A stretch of DNA of 64,000 nucleotides from a bacterium (GCA_963605025.1 CAVCSZ010000004.1:5847-69846), one strand, 5' to 3'. Shown: positions 1-9,860, counted from the stretch's first letter. The notes: a model not told the origin generated them from the letters alone. Translations and numbers: made by a program.

Positions 1-335
1 TTAAAAATAACAATTAAATCAAATTTATTTTCATTATTAAATTTATAAAAATCTTCATTATAAAATTCTAAATTATTTTCATTATGAATTATTTTAGCAG
101 TTTCAATCATTTTAGAAGATAAATCAATTCCTATTACGTGTTTATTATTTTTGCTAAGATAAGAAGAAATAATACCTGCTCCACAAGCAACATCTAAAAC
201 ATTATTATAATTAACTAATGAAAAATCTTTTAAAAATAATTCAATATCTTCTAATCTTTTTTGAGAATATTTAAAACTATCTACATTTTTATTAAAGAAT
301 TCTTTCATTAATTCATTTATTTCTTCTTTTTTCAT
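1..335 (-). CDS. class I SAM-dependent methyltransferase, partial (C-terminal part lies beyond the window edge)
   Basis: Own reverse-strand translation from ATG at 335: MKKEEINELMKEFFNKNVDSFKYSQKRLEDIELFLKDFSLVNYNNVLDVACGAGIISSYLSKNNKHVIGIDLS...KFDLIVIF. VLDVACGAG is the glycine-rich SAM-binding motif I and VIGIDLS the acidic motif II. Absent from the ORF track because the window truncates it. Confidence 0.8.
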   Translation of the reverse strand, partial: MKKEEINELMKEFFNKNVDSFKYSQKRLEDIELFLKDFSLVNYNNVLDVACGAGIISSYLSKNNKHVIGIDLSSKMIETAKIIHNENNLEFYNEDFYKFNNENKFDLIVIF

Positions 336-409
336 ATTAATTATTATATAAAAATAACGAACAAAATTAAATATTTGTTCGTTATTTAATTTATTAATTT
401 TCTTTTTAA

Positions 410-441
410 TTGAAGTTAAAAAAATAATATGATAATATAAT
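410..441 (+). promoter_or_regulatory. putative sigma-70-type promoter for tRNA-Thr
   Basis: TTGAAG (410-415), 17-nt spacer, then TAATAT (433-438) preceded by TG (extended -10). It ends about 12 nt upstream of the tRNA 5' end. AT-rich background makes promoter calls weak. Confidence 0.4.
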
Positions 442-450
442 TTTGCTTTT

Positions 451-524
451 GCCCCCTTAGTTAATCGGTATAACGGATCCATGGTAAGGATCTATGCGTA
501 GTTCGACTCTGCGAGGAGGCACCA
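451..524 (+). tRNA. tRNA-Thr (anticodon GGU)
   Basis: Hand-folded cloverleaf: acceptor GCCCCCT/AGGAGGC (one C-A mismatch); D stem GTTA/TAAC; anticodon stem GATCC/GGATC with loop AT-GGT-AA; T stem CGTAG/CTGCG with loop TTCGACT; encoded CCA. 74 nt. Confidence 0.78.
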
Positions 525-537
525 TTATTATAAAAAT

Positions 538-569
538 AAGGATTAATTTTCAAAAATTAATCCTTTTTT
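538..569. terminator. bidirectional rho-independent terminator (tRNA-Thr on +, XRE-like gene on -)
   Basis: Hairpin AAGGATTAATTT...AAATTAATCCTT, flanked by an A-run on the 5' side and TTTTTT on the 3' side. It lies between the convergent tRNA and the ORF 580..1773. Confidence 0.7.
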
Positions 570-579
570 ATTTATAATT

Positions 580-1773
580 TTAATTATATTTTATATTTTT
601 AGAGAGTTTAAAAGGAAATACAAACATAGAAAAAACTGACCCAATACTAACAGATAAAAAAGACATTAATAAGAAAAATAATATACTTATAATAAAAAAT
701 AATATCTTCATTCCTATTAAAAATTTTAAACCATCAAAACTAAAACTAAATATAATTCCAGGGAATCTTATTGTTTTTGTTATAAAAAAACCAAATACAT
801 CTTGGACTGTTCCTTCATAACCTACACAATAAATAAACGAAATCATCGCATAAATTGAAATAATTGGAATGAAAATTGCAAGTCCTAATCCAATTGTTTG
901 ATGTTGAGTGATTGATAAATAAAAAGCAAAAATTACATATATAAAACTTAAAATAAAAGCAATTATTCTTATTTCTCTTCTTTCTTTTTCTTCTTCCATT
1001 TCTTTTTGTCTTTTTTCTTCTAATAATTTATTTTTATAACATTTTTCACAATAAGTTAATCCTACTTTATTTCCTCTATGACCTTTTATAACATTAAATG
1101 TTTTATCACCTGCATAAATAGGCTTATTACAACAATTACAAACTCCTGTTTGTAGTTTTATTTCATGAGTATCTTTTTTAATTATTTGTTTATTAGATTC
1201 TCTATTAGATTTTGAAGAACTATTACATTCTAAAGGTTTATAATATCCATTATAACAATTTTTACATACAATTTTAGATTCATTATCAATTGTAATAAAA
1301 TTATAAATTTCATCATCAAAGATATCTTTTTTACAAATATTACAGATACCTATTTTAGTTTTATTTAAATTATCTTCTTTTTTATTATCATATTCTTCTT
1401 TAAAAATTTTTTTATCACAATCTGAACAATATAAACATTTAGTGCCTGCTACTTCTCTATTTATATATTTTTCATTATCAAATATTTCTTTATTACAATT
1501 TCTACATCTACCGACTTTTTTAATAATTTTTAAATTTTTATAAGTATTTTCATTTTCTTTATTTTTAATTACTTCTTCATTTTCTGAAAATAAATATTCA
1601 ATAGATACATTAAAAATTTTTGCTAAATCTCTAATAGATTGCATATCAGGTTCATTTATTTCACTTTCCCATTTAGAGATTGTTTGAAATGAAACATTCA
1701 TCTTTTCAGCTAATTCTTTTTGAGTTAAATTAGCATCTAATCTCATTTTTTTAAGTTTTTGACCAAATTTCAT
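580..1773 (-). CDS. membrane-anchored XRE-family HTH protein with three zinc-ribbon repeats
   Basis: N-terminus MKFGQKLKKMRLDANLTQKELAEKMNVSFQTISKWESEINEPDMQSIRDLAKIFNVSIEYLF is a typical XRE/Cro HTH. It is followed by three G-x-C-x-x-C-x-K-x-I-[FY]...C-x-x-C modules and a C-terminal hydrophobic region of about 130 aa with several predicted TM helices. RBS GAGAGG lies upstream. Confidence 0.8.
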   Translation of the reverse strand: MKFGQKLKKMRLDANLTQKELAEKMNVSFQTISKWESEINEPDMQSIRDLAKIFNVSIEYLFSENEEVIKNKENENTYKNLKIIKKVGRCRNCNKEIFDNEKYINREVAGTKCLYCSDCDKKIFKEEYDNKKEDNLNKTKIGICNICKKDIFDDEIYNFITIDNESKIVCKNCYNGYYKPLECNSSSKSNRESNKQIIKKDTHEIKLQTGVCNCCNKPIYAGDKTFNVIKGHRGNKVGLTYCEKCYKNKLLEEKRQKEMEEEKERREIRIIAFILSFIYVIFAFYLSITQHQTIGLGLAIFIPIISIYAMISFIYCVGYEGTVQDVFGFFITKTIRFPGIIFSFSFDGLKFLIGMKILFFIISILFFLLMSFLSVSIGSVFSMFVFPFKLSKNIKYN

Positions 1774-1879
1774 ATTTTTTTACCTCTCTTACAAAAAAAT
1801 ATTATCTTTTTAGTAGAATTTATTAAATAACCATAAGATAGAAACACTAACTAAAAAGTAGAATTTGATATATTTTTAA

Positions 1880-2806
1880 TTAAATATTACTATTTTCTTT
1901 AATAAAATCATTAAATTCTTGTTCATACAATACTGGATCTTCAAAATAACTTCTTGCGTGTCCAGCATTTTTAAATAATATAATTTTATGTTTACTAGAA
2001 CATACTTTTTCATTTTTTAAAGACATAAATGTAGGTACAAATTTATCATTATCTCCATGAATAAATAAAATAGGATATAATGAATTTTTTAAAGTTTTTA
2101 AAGTAGAATATTTAAAAACATTTCTTTTTAAAATAAGAGAATTAAATAAACAAACAGAGAAAGCTGCAAAATGAAATTTAGTTAAATGTTTAACAATATC
2201 ATAAGTAGATGTATATCCACAATCTGCTATTAAACCTTTAACATTTTCCATTTTTTTATCTACTGTTAATAAAATAGAATTAGAACCCATTGAAACTCCA
2301 TGTAAATAAATATCTACATTATGATTATAAATTTCATTTATTTTATTAACCCATAATAAAATATTTTCGTATTCATAAATTCCAAATCCAGAATGTTTAC
2401 CTTCACTATTACCATTTCCTTCATGATCAATTGATAATAAATCATAATTATTTAATTGAAAATTATAAAATAAAGGAACATCACATTTTCCATTACTTAA
2501 ATGTCCATGAGAAAATAATATTACAATTGGTTTATTATTTTGAGGATTTTTACTTTTTCTTAATTCTCCATATAATTTAATATTACGATTATTTTTAATA
2601 TAAATTTCTTCATGAGGATAATTAATAAATTCAATATATTTTTCTTTTACTTTTAAAGGAAAACGAAATTTATCATCTTCAACATCTAAAACACAATAAG
2701 GTTTTTTAGTTCTTTTATATATAAAATTGTAACCAATTATACCTAATATAATCATTAATAAAATAAAAAATAAAATAATAGATAAAATAATAATTAATAT
2801 AATCAT
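1880..2806 (-). CDS. membrane-anchored alpha/beta hydrolase
   Basis: N-terminal TM helix (MIILIIILSIILFFILLMIILGIIG). Oxyanion-region SHGH, nucleophile elbow GVSMGS (GxSxG), then late HGDNDKFVP and GHA motifs typical of the alpha/beta hydrolase fold. Confidence 0.75.
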   Translation of the reverse strand: MIILIIILSIILFFILLMIILGIIGYNFIYKRTKKPYCVLDVEDDKFRFPLKVKEKYIEFINYPHEEIYIKNNRNIKLYGELRKSKNPQNNKPIVILFSHGHLSNGKCDVPLFYNFQLNNYDLLSIDHEGNGNSEGKHSGFGIYEYENILLWVNKINEIYNHNVDIYLHGVSMGSNSILLTVDKKMENVKGLIADCGYTSTYDIVKHLTKFHFAAFSVCLFNSLILKRNVFKYSTLKTLKNSLYPILFIHGDNDKFVPTFMSLKNEKVCSSKHKIILFKNAGHARSYFEDPVLYEQEFNDFIKENSNI

Positions 2807-2878
2807 TTATATATTTTAACTTAAAAAAATCAAAATATAAAAGTTAATTTTAAATATTATTTTAGTTATAATATTTTT

Positions 2879-3631
2879 ATGAAATTTATTAATTTTAATG
2901 TAAATGGTTTAAGAGCTATTTTAAAAAAAGATTTTATTAAAGATTTTAATCAATTAGACGCTGATATTTTCTCTCTTAATGAAACAAAATTAAGTGATGA
3001 TAATTTTCCTTTTAATCCAGAAGGTTATAATGTTTATTTTACTAATTCAAAAATTAAAAAAGGTTATAGTGGAGTAGCAGTATTTTCTAAAAAGAAACCT
3101 TTATCAGTACATTATGGATTAAAAAATAATAAATATGATGAAGAAGGTAGAGTAATTACCTTAGAATTTGAAGATTTTTATTATGTTTGTGCTTATGTTC
3201 CTAATGCTGGGGAAGAATTAATTAGACTTCCTTTTAGAATGGAATTTGAAGATGATTTATTCCAATATTTAAAAGAATTAGAAAAGAATAAACCTATTAT
3301 TTATACAGGTGATTTAAATGTTGCACATATGCCTATTGATTTAAAAAATCCTAAAGGTAATGAATGTAGTGCAGGATTTACAAAAGAAGAAAGAGATAAA
3401 ATGACTAGGTTATTATCTAATGATTTTATTGATACTTTTAGATATTTTTATCCTGATAAAGTTAAATATTCATGGTGGAGTTATCGTTTTAAATCTAGAG
3501 AAAAAGATATTGGATGGAGAATTGATTATTTTATTGTATCTTCTTCTTTAATTTCAAAGATTAAAGATTCTTTAATATTAAATGAAATTAAAGGTAGTGA
3601 TCATTGTCCAGTAGAATTAATTATTGAATAA
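2879..3631 (+). CDS. xth: exodeoxyribonuclease III (AP endonuclease, ExoIII/Xth family)
   Basis: 250 aa. FNVNGLRA start, SLNETK, GYSGVA, YVPN, GDLNVAH, WWSYR, RIDY and a terminal SDHCP motif: the characteristic ExoIII/APE1 catalytic set. Confidence 0.9.
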   Translation: MKFINFNVNGLRAILKKDFIKDFNQLDADIFSLNETKLSDDNFPFNPEGYNVYFTNSKIKKGYSGVAVFSKKKPLSVHYGLKNNKYDEEGRVITLEFEDFYYVCAYVPNAGEELIRLPFRMEFEDDLFQYLKELEKNKPIIYTGDLNVAHMPIDLKNPKGNECSAGFTKEERDKMTRLLSNDFIDTFRYFYPDKVKYSWWSYRFKSREKDIGWRIDYFIVSSSLISKIKDSLILNEIKGSDHCPVELIIE

Positions 3632-3634
3632 TAT

Positions 3635-4489
3635 ATGAAAAATTTATATATACCTTTTAAAAACTATTCTACTTATGTAGAAATATATGGAGAAAATTTA
3701 ACCTCTATCCCTTTAATTATGTGTCATGGAGGACCAGGAAGTGGAAGATATGGATTTATTAAACTTGCTAAAGAATTATCTAAATTAGGTCAAAAAGTTA
3801 TTTTATATGATCAACTTGGAGCAGGTAATAGTATTCCTAGTAGTCAACCTACTTCTTTATATAATATAGAAACATGGAGAGATGAATTTTTTAATTTAGT
3901 AAATTATTTAAAATTAGATAAATATTATGCTTTAGGTCATAGCTATGGAGGAATGTTACTTATTAAAATTTTAATAGAAGATAATCCTAAAAATATGAAA
4001 AAAGCAATACTTTCTTCTACTCTTTATTCTTCTTTAGTATGGGAAAATGAAGCTCATCGTTTAATTAAATTTTTATCATTAAAAGATCAAAAAGCAATTA
4101 AATACGCAGAAGAAAATAATAATTATGATTCTATTCAATTTCAAAAAGCATCTAGTCATTATTATAAGAAATTTTTAAAAGATAATAAGAAAAAACCTAA
4201 AGATTTTAAAAGTGGACATGTCGCATATTTAACTGCCTGGGGTCCAAGTGAATTTAAATGTTTAGGTAATTTAAAATCTTTTAATTATGAAGGAAAATTA
4301 GAATTAATAAATAAAGAATGTTTAATTTTAAGTGGAGGAAATGATGAATCTACTCCATATATTAATAAATATATGAATGATCATATTAAAAATTCTAAAT
4401 GGGTTTTATTTAAAGACGCTCGTCATTCTACATACATAGATGATTTTGAAAATTATATTAAAGTATTATTAGAATTTTTAAATAAATAA
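3635..4489 (+). CDS. proline iminopeptidase-family alpha/beta hydrolase
   Basis: 284 aa. HGGPG oxyanion motif, nucleophile elbow GHSYGG, and C-terminal GGNDE...ARHS. Starts 3 nt after the xth stop. Confidence 0.72.
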   Translation: MKNLYIPFKNYSTYVEIYGENLTSIPLIMCHGGPGSGRYGFIKLAKELSKLGQKVILYDQLGAGNSIPSSQPTSLYNIETWRDEFFNLVNYLKLDKYYALGHSYGGMLLIKILIEDNPKNMKKAILSSTLYSSLVWENEAHRLIKFLSLKDQKAIKYAEENNNYDSIQFQKASSHYYKKFLKDNKKKPKDFKSGHVAYLTAWGPSEFKCLGNLKSFNYEGKLELINKECLILSGGNDESTPYINKYMNDHIKNSKWVLFKDARHSTYIDDFENYIKVLLEFLNK

Positions 4490-4504
4490 AAAATGGTAGA
4501 CTTA

Positions 4505-5800
4505 TTAGTCTACCATTTCTGCATATAAATCATAAACGAATGCATGTGTTATTCTAATATTTATAACATCACCTTCATTTAATTCCTTATCTGTTTTTAA
4601 ATAAATGCTTCCATCAATATCATCTGGAGCATTAATTCCACATCTAACACTATAATTATTATTAGATTTAGAAACAACGATTGCTTTAAATATTTTTCCA
4701 ATTAATTCTTTATTTTTTTCATAAGAAATTTCTTGTTGTATTTTCATTATTTCTTCTTTTCTTTTTTCTTTAATATTTTCATCAATTTGTTCTTTAAATG
4801 TATTTCCATATGTTCCTTCTTCTTTAGAATATGTAAATACACCTAAATGATTGAATTTATATTCTTTAATAAAATCTTTTAATTCATTAATATCATCATC
4901 ATTTTCAGTAGGATATCCTACAATTAATGTTGTTCTAAAAATAGCGTCAGGTATTTCTTTTTTAATTTTATTAAATAATTCTTCAACAGATTCTTTAGTG
5001 TCTCTTCTTAACATACTTTTTAATATTTTATTTGAAGCATGTTGAATAGGAATATCAAAATAATGAGTCATTTTTTTAGAATTTTTAACAAATTCTATAT
5101 ATTCATCACTTACTTCTTCAGGATATAAATATAAAACTCTTATAAATTCTATTCCATCAATTTTTTCAATTTCTTTTAATAAAGTTACTAAATTAATATC
5201 TTTATCTTTAAAATCTTTTCCATATCTTCCAGTATCTTGAGAAATAACAATTAATTCTTTTACTCCATTAGCTGCAAATTCTTTAGCTTGATTAATTATT
5301 TTATCAAAATCAAAAGAACGATATGCACCTCTTATAAAAGGAATTGCACAGAAACCACAATAATTAGAACATCCTTCACTTATTTTTAAGAATGCACTAA
5401 ATTTTTTAGTAGATAATCTTCTTTTAAAAATATCAAATTCATCATTTTGGATATCTACATTTAATAAATTACATACCATTTCAAGCATTCTTGGATAATC
5501 TTTAAAACTAATCCATAATGATACTTCTGGTAAAGCTTCTTTTAATTCTTCTAAATTTCTTTTTACTAAACATCCACAAACAATAATTTTAGCATTTTTA
5601 TATTTTAAACAATCTAAAATAGTATTAATTGCTTCTTCTTTTGCAGGTAAAATAAATCCACAAGTATTAACAATAATAGCATCACATTCTTCTAATTTAG
5701 TAGAAATTTCAAAATAAGGTTCTTTAAATAAAGATAGCATTGATTCACTATCTACTGTATTTTTATCACATCCTAGTGATATTAATCCTATTTTTTTCAT
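4505..5800 (-). CDS. rimO: ribosomal protein S12 methylthiotransferase RimO (radical SAM, MiaB family)
   Basis: N-terminal KIGLISLGCDKNTVDSE and NTCGF (UPF0004 domain cysteines), radical-SAM CSNYCGFCAIP, and a C-terminal TRAM-like domain. The LGCxKN start is RimO-like rather than MiaB-like. Confidence 0.82.
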   Translation of the reverse strand: MKKIGLISLGCDKNTVDSESMLSLFKEPYFEISTKLEECDAIIVNTCGFILPAKEEAINTILDCLKYKNAKIIVCGCLVKRNLEELKEALPEVSLWISFKDYPRMLEMVCNLLNVDIQNDEFDIFKRRLSTKKFSAFLKISEGCSNYCGFCAIPFIRGAYRSFDFDKIINQAKEFAANGVKELIVISQDTGRYGKDFKDKDINLVTLLKEIEKIDGIEFIRVLYLYPEEVSDEYIEFVKNSKKMTHYFDIPIQHASNKILKSMLRRDTKESVEELFNKIKKEIPDAIFRTTLIVGYPTENDDDINELKDFIKEYKFNHLGVFTYSKEEGTYGNTFKEQIDENIKEKRKEEIMKIQQEISYEKNKELIGKIFKAIVVSKSNNNYSVRCGINAPDDIDGSIYLKTDKELNEGDVINIRITHAFVYDLYAEMVD

Positions 5801-5802
5801 AT

Positions 5803-7251
5803 TTAACGATTAGAAGATTTAACCAAAGAAGAAATATAATCAATTTTATTTTTAAATTCTTCTAATGATAATAATCTAAATTCCCAATTTGGACTTCCAA
5901 AACTTCCTGGAGCATTAATTCTTGAAGAACTATCAAGACCTAAGAAATCTTGAATAGGTAAAATAGCGTATTCACATTCACTATTTAAAACAAATTTTAA
6001 TATTTTATCTAAAATATCTTTTCCTTCAATTTTATTAACTCTAAAAATAATTTCTAATAATTCTTTTTCTTCTTCTTTTAAAGAATTATACCAACCCATA
6101 ACAGTATCATTATCATGAGTACCAGTATAAATAATTTGATTTTTACTAGTAATAAAATTTTTATTAAATACATTAAATTCAAATACATTCATACCTTTAA
6201 AATTAAATTCATCTCTTAATTTTAAAACACTAGGTACAAGATCTCCTAAATCTTCTGCAATAATATTTTTAGTTAATCCTTCTTTTTCTAATAATTTAAA
6301 TAAAACTCTTCCTGGAGCTTCTTTCCAAACTCCATTAATAGCAGTAGGTTCACTAGATTTAATCATATAATATGTATCGAAAGCTCTAAAATGATCAATA
6401 CGTAAAATATCAAACATACTTAATGAATATTTAATTCTATTTAACCAAAAAGTAAATCCATCTCTTTCCATGTATTTCCAATCATAAATAGGATTACCCC
6501 ATCTTTGACCAGTTTCACTGAAATAATCTGGTGGTACTCCTGCTACCATTGAAGGATGATCTTTTTCATCAAGTAAAAACTCATCTTGATTACTCCAACA
6601 ATCACTGCTATTAAAACCAACATAAAAAGGAATATCTCCCATTAATAATACTCCATTTTCGTTAGCGTATTTTTTAAGTTCATTAAATTGTTTATAAGCG
6701 ATATATTGGCACCATTCAATAAATAAAATTTCATTTTTATATTCTTTAAAATCAAATTTAGAATAAGAATAAGCAGCATATTTTTCTTCTTTATCCCATT
6801 TATCCCAATCTAAATAATTATTTTTTTCAAATAAAACTTTAAATTTAGCGTAATTTTCACACCATTTATTATTTTTAATAAATTCTAAAAATTCATTAGA
6901 TTTTGTATCTTTAGTTTTTTTGAAAGCTTCTCTTAAATACTTTTCTTTATGTAATCTAGCTTCATAAAAATTAACTAATTTTGAATTTTCATTAAAATTA
7001 TCATATTTTGATAAATAATTATGTTCTTTTAACCACTTTAAAGAAATATAACAAGTATCTAAAGCACTTCCACATTCACTTTGATAAGGACTAGAACCAT
7101 ATCCTACTGGATTAAGTGGTAATAATTGCCATATTTTAATATTTGATTTTTTAAGTAAATCAACAAACTCATATGCACTTTCATAGAAATCACCAACTCC
7201 TAAAGAAGATGGTAAACTAGAAATAGGCATTAATATTCCTGTACATCTCAT
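5803..7251 (-). CDS. malQ: 4-alpha-glucanotransferase (amylomaltase, GH77)
   Basis: 482 aa. GILMPISSLPS..GVGDF start, LPLNP, GDIPFYV, RIDHFRAF and GTHDN motifs typical of GH77 MalQ. Confidence 0.9.
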   Translation of the reverse strand: MRCTGILMPISSLPSSLGVGDFYESAYEFVDLLKKSNIKIWQLLPLNPVGYGSSPYQSECGSALDTCYISLKWLKEHNYLSKYDNFNENSKLVNFYEARLHKEKYLREAFKKTKDTKSNEFLEFIKNNKWCENYAKFKVLFEKNNYLDWDKWDKEEKYAAYSYSKFDFKEYKNEILFIEWCQYIAYKQFNELKKYANENGVLLMGDIPFYVGFNSSDCWSNQDEFLLDEKDHPSMVAGVPPDYFSETGQRWGNPIYDWKYMERDGFTFWLNRIKYSLSMFDILRIDHFRAFDTYYMIKSSEPTAINGVWKEAPGRVLFKLLEKEGLTKNIIAEDLGDLVPSVLKLRDEFNFKGMNVFEFNVFNKNFITSKNQIIYTGTHDNDTVMGWYNSLKEEEKELLEIIFRVNKIEGKDILDKILKFVLNSECEYAILPIQDFLGLDSSSRINAPGSFGSPNWEFRLLSLEEFKNKIDYISSLVKSSNR

Positions 7252-7397
7252 AATAAATATATTATATCTAATTTATAAACCTAATAAAATAATATTTTAT
7301 TAAAGAATTATATTTATAATTAAATATAAACTAGAATATTAACGAGAAAAATTGTATTATATTATGGTTATTTTTGTTAAAGAAGGAGGATTAACTT

Positions 7398-9233
7398 ATG
7401 AATATGAGAAATGTTGCAATTATCGCACACGTTGACCATGGAAAAACTACTTTAGTTAATCAATTATTAAAATATAGTCAAACTTTTAGAGAAAACGAAA
7501 AAATTGAAGATCGTGCTATGGATAGTAACGCTATTGAAAGAGAAAGAGGTATTACTATTTTAGCTAAGACTACATCTGTTAAATATAAAGACTATAAAAT
7601 TAACATCATGGATACTCCAGGACACGCTGATTTCGGTGGTGAAGTTGAAAGAATCATGAAAATGGTTGATGGATGTTTATTATTAGTAGATGCTTTTGAA
7701 GGTACTATGCCTCAAACTAGATTCGTTTTAAAGAAAGCTTTAGAAAATCACGTTAAACCTATCGTTATTATTAATAAAGTTGATAGACCAAACGCAAATC
7801 CTGCTAAAGCAGTTGACGAAGTATTACAATTATTTATTGAATTAGGAGCACCTGATGATTTCTTAGATTTCAAAGTTGCATATACTAGTGCTTTAAATGG
7901 TACTTCCTCATTATTCCCAGATTTAGCTTCTCAAAAAGAAGGTATGGATGCTTTATTTGATTTAATTATCAGTGAAGTACCAGAACCAAAAGTTGAACAA
8001 GAAGGTCCTACTCAACTTCAAGTTGCATTATTAGATTATAATGACTACGTTGGAAGAATGGGTATTGGAAGAGTACAAAGAGGTGAAATTAAAATTAACC
8101 AACAAGTTACTTGTTCAAGAACAAACGGAACTACAAAAGGATTTAAAATCTTAAAATTATTTGGCTATCAAGGATTAAAAAGAGTTGAAATAGAAAGTGC
8201 TAAAGCAGGAGAAATTGTTGCTTTTGCTGGTTTAGCAGATATAAACGTTGGAGAAACTATTTGTGATCCAAGTAAAGTTGAAGCTTTACCTTTAATTCAT
8301 ATTGATGAACCAACTCTTCAAATGACTTTTGGAACAAATTCATCACCATTCTCTGGTCAAGATGGAAAATTATTAACTGCTAGGCAAATTGAAGATCGTT
8401 TAATGAAAGAAAAAGAAAAAGACGTTTCTTTAAAAGTAGAACGTATTCAAAATAGTGAATCATGGGTTGTTTCAGGAAGAGGTGAATTACATCTTGGTAT
8501 TTTAATTGAAAATATGAGAAGAGAAGGTTACGAATTAGAAGTTTCTCGTCCTCAAGTTATTATTAAAGTTGAAGATGGAATTAAAAAAGAACCTTATGAA
8601 GATTTATCAATTGAAGTCCCTAATGATTTCGTTGGTGATGTTATGACTTCTTTAGGTGAAAGAGATGCTGAATTAATTGATATGGACGCTAATGAAACTA
8701 CAACTAAAATCAATTATGTAATTCCATCACGTGGATTAATCGGATTTGTATCAAATTTCTTAACATTAACTAAAGGTTATGGTATTATCTCTCATACTTT
8801 TAAAGAATATCGTGAAATTTCAAAAGGTAAAATTGGAGAAAGATCAATTGGTGTTTTAGTAGCAACTTCTACTGGTCAAGCTACTCCATACGCAATTCAA
8901 CACGTTGAAGATAGAGGAACAATGTTTATTCTTCCTGGAATCGATGTTTATGAAGGTATGATTGTAGGTGAAAATAAATATGATACTGATTTAAGTGTCA
9001 ATGTATGTCAAACTAAAAATTTAACTAACCAAAGAAGTTCAAATAAAGATCAAACTGTTGTTTTAAAAACACCAAGAAAATTAACATTAGAAGCATGTTT
9101 AGATTACATTAATGTTGATGAACTTGTTGAAATCACACCTAAAACATTTAGAATGAGAAAGAAAATTTTAAATGACGCTGAAAGAAAAAAATACGAAGCA
9201 AAACAAAGAATTTTAGAAGGCGAAAATAAATAA
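7398..9233 (+). CDS. typA: translational GTPase TypA/BipA
   Basis: 611 aa. G1 [10 protein letters not shown]3 DTPGHADF, G4 NKVDR, followed by EF-G-like domains. Strong RBS AAGGAGGA upstream. Confidence 0.95.
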   Translation: MNMRNVAIIAHVDHGKTTLVNQLLKYSQTFRENEKIEDRAMDSNAIERERGITILAKTTSVKYKDYKINIMDTPGHADFGGEVERIMKMVDGCLLLVDAFEGTMPQTRFVLKKALENHVKPIVIINKVDRPNANPAKAVDEVLQLFIELGAPDDFLDFKVAYTSALNGTSSLFPDLASQKEGMDALFDLIISEVPEPKVEQEGPTQLQVALLDYNDYVGRMGIGRVQRGEIKINQQVTCSRTNGTTKGFKILKLFGYQGLKRVEIESAKAGEIVAFAGLADINVGETICDPSKVEALPLIHIDEPTLQMTFGTNSSPFSGQDGKLLTARQIEDRLMKEKEKDVSLKVERIQNSESWVVSGRGELHLGILIENMRREGYELEVSRPQVIIKVEDGIKKEPYEDLSIEVPNDFVGDVMTSLGERDAELIDMDANETTTKINYVIPSRGLIGFVSNFLTLTKGYGIISHTFKEYREISKGKIGERSIGVLVATSTGQATPYAIQHVEDRGTMFILPGIDVYEGMIVGENKYDTDLSVNVCQTKNLTNQRSSNKDQTVVLKTPRKLTLEACLDYINVDELVEITPKTFRMRKKILNDAERKKYEAKQRILEGENK

Positions 9234-9242
9234 ATGTATTAA

Positions 9243-9274
9243 AAAAAGGAACTTTATATAAAGTTCCTTTTTAT
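9243..9274. terminator. bidirectional rho-independent terminator (typA / lipoprotein gene)
   Basis: AAAAGGAACTTT-ATAT-AAAGTTCCTTTT perfect hairpin with A- and T-runs on both sides, between convergent genes. Confidence 0.75.
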
Positions 9275-9276
9275 TT

Positions 9277-9777
9277 TTATTCACCTAAACCTTTAATTAA
9301 TGAACCTTTGAAATACATTTCAAATTCTTTACCATTTGGATTAACTTCAAATGCAAGATCAGCATTTTCAAGACTAATAACATTACCTTTATCAGCGTCT
9401 TCTACTGATTTTGTGTTAGTTTTACTATCAATATAATAAGTTGATTCTGATCCAAAATTATCACTTGTTGATTCATATTTTCTTGATTCAATGAAGTATA
9501 AACATGAATATTCACTTCCATCAACTTTTAATTTGAAATCACTACTATTAATTTCTTGTGTACTTCCTGTTCTATTTCTTAATGTAACAGTTGTAAAATA
9601 AACGATTTTATCTGAATCTTTACTTTCTTTAATTTTAGTAAAACCATCTTTTTCATAATATTTACTAACTGTGAAAGTAGCTGTTGAATCTCCAAAATCT
9701 CCACATGATGTCATACAAACAGCGCCTGTTCCTACAACTCCTGCAATTAAACCTAATGTAATTAATAATTTTTTCAT
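9277..9777 (-). CDS. lipoprotein (possibly DUF4352-like beta-sandwich)
   Basis: Signal peptide plus lipobox MKKLLITLGLIAGVVGTGAVCMTSC. The mature part is beta-rich. RBS AGGAGGA sits 7 nt upstream of the ATG. The domain family call is a guess. Confidence 0.75.
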   Translation of the reverse strand: MKKLLITLGLIAGVVGTGAVCMTSCGDFGDSTATFTVSKYYEKDGFTKIKESKDSDKIVYFTTVTLRNRTGSTQEINSSDFKLKVDGSEYSCLYFIESRKYESTSDNFGSESTYYIDSKTNTKSVEDADKGNVISLENADLAFEVNPNGKEFEMYFKGSLIKGLGE

Positions 9778-9831
9778 AAATACTCCTCCTTTATTAGAAA
9801 CATTTCTGTTTCTTTTGTATCTTATGGTTAT

Positions 9832-9860
9832 AGTATATATACAAATATTTATATTGTCAA
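9832..9860 (-). promoter_or_regulatory. putative promoter of the lipoprotein gene
   Basis: Minus strand reads TTGACA-17 nt-TATACT (-35 at 9855-9860, -10 at 9832-9837), a near-consensus sigma-A promoter. Confidence 0.55.

Noticed and set aside
451-2806. Genomic island integrated at tRNA-Thr (an XRE regulator sits right next to a tRNA)
   Set aside because: There is no integrase and no direct repeat of the tRNA 3' end nearby. The flanking genes are ordinary chromosomal types with the same composition.
4851-5045. 64-aa plus-strand ORF from the track
   Set aside because: It lies entirely antisense within rimO, has no RBS, and has low-complexity S/L/I/N composition typical of shadow ORFs in AT-rich DNA.
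9796-9813. Small hairpin AGAAACA-TTTC-TGTTTCT just 5' of the lipoprotein RBS, considered as a riboswitch or thermosensor
   Set aside because: A 7-bp stem with no conserved riboswitch motifs, and it does not include the RBS. Too little structure to support a call.
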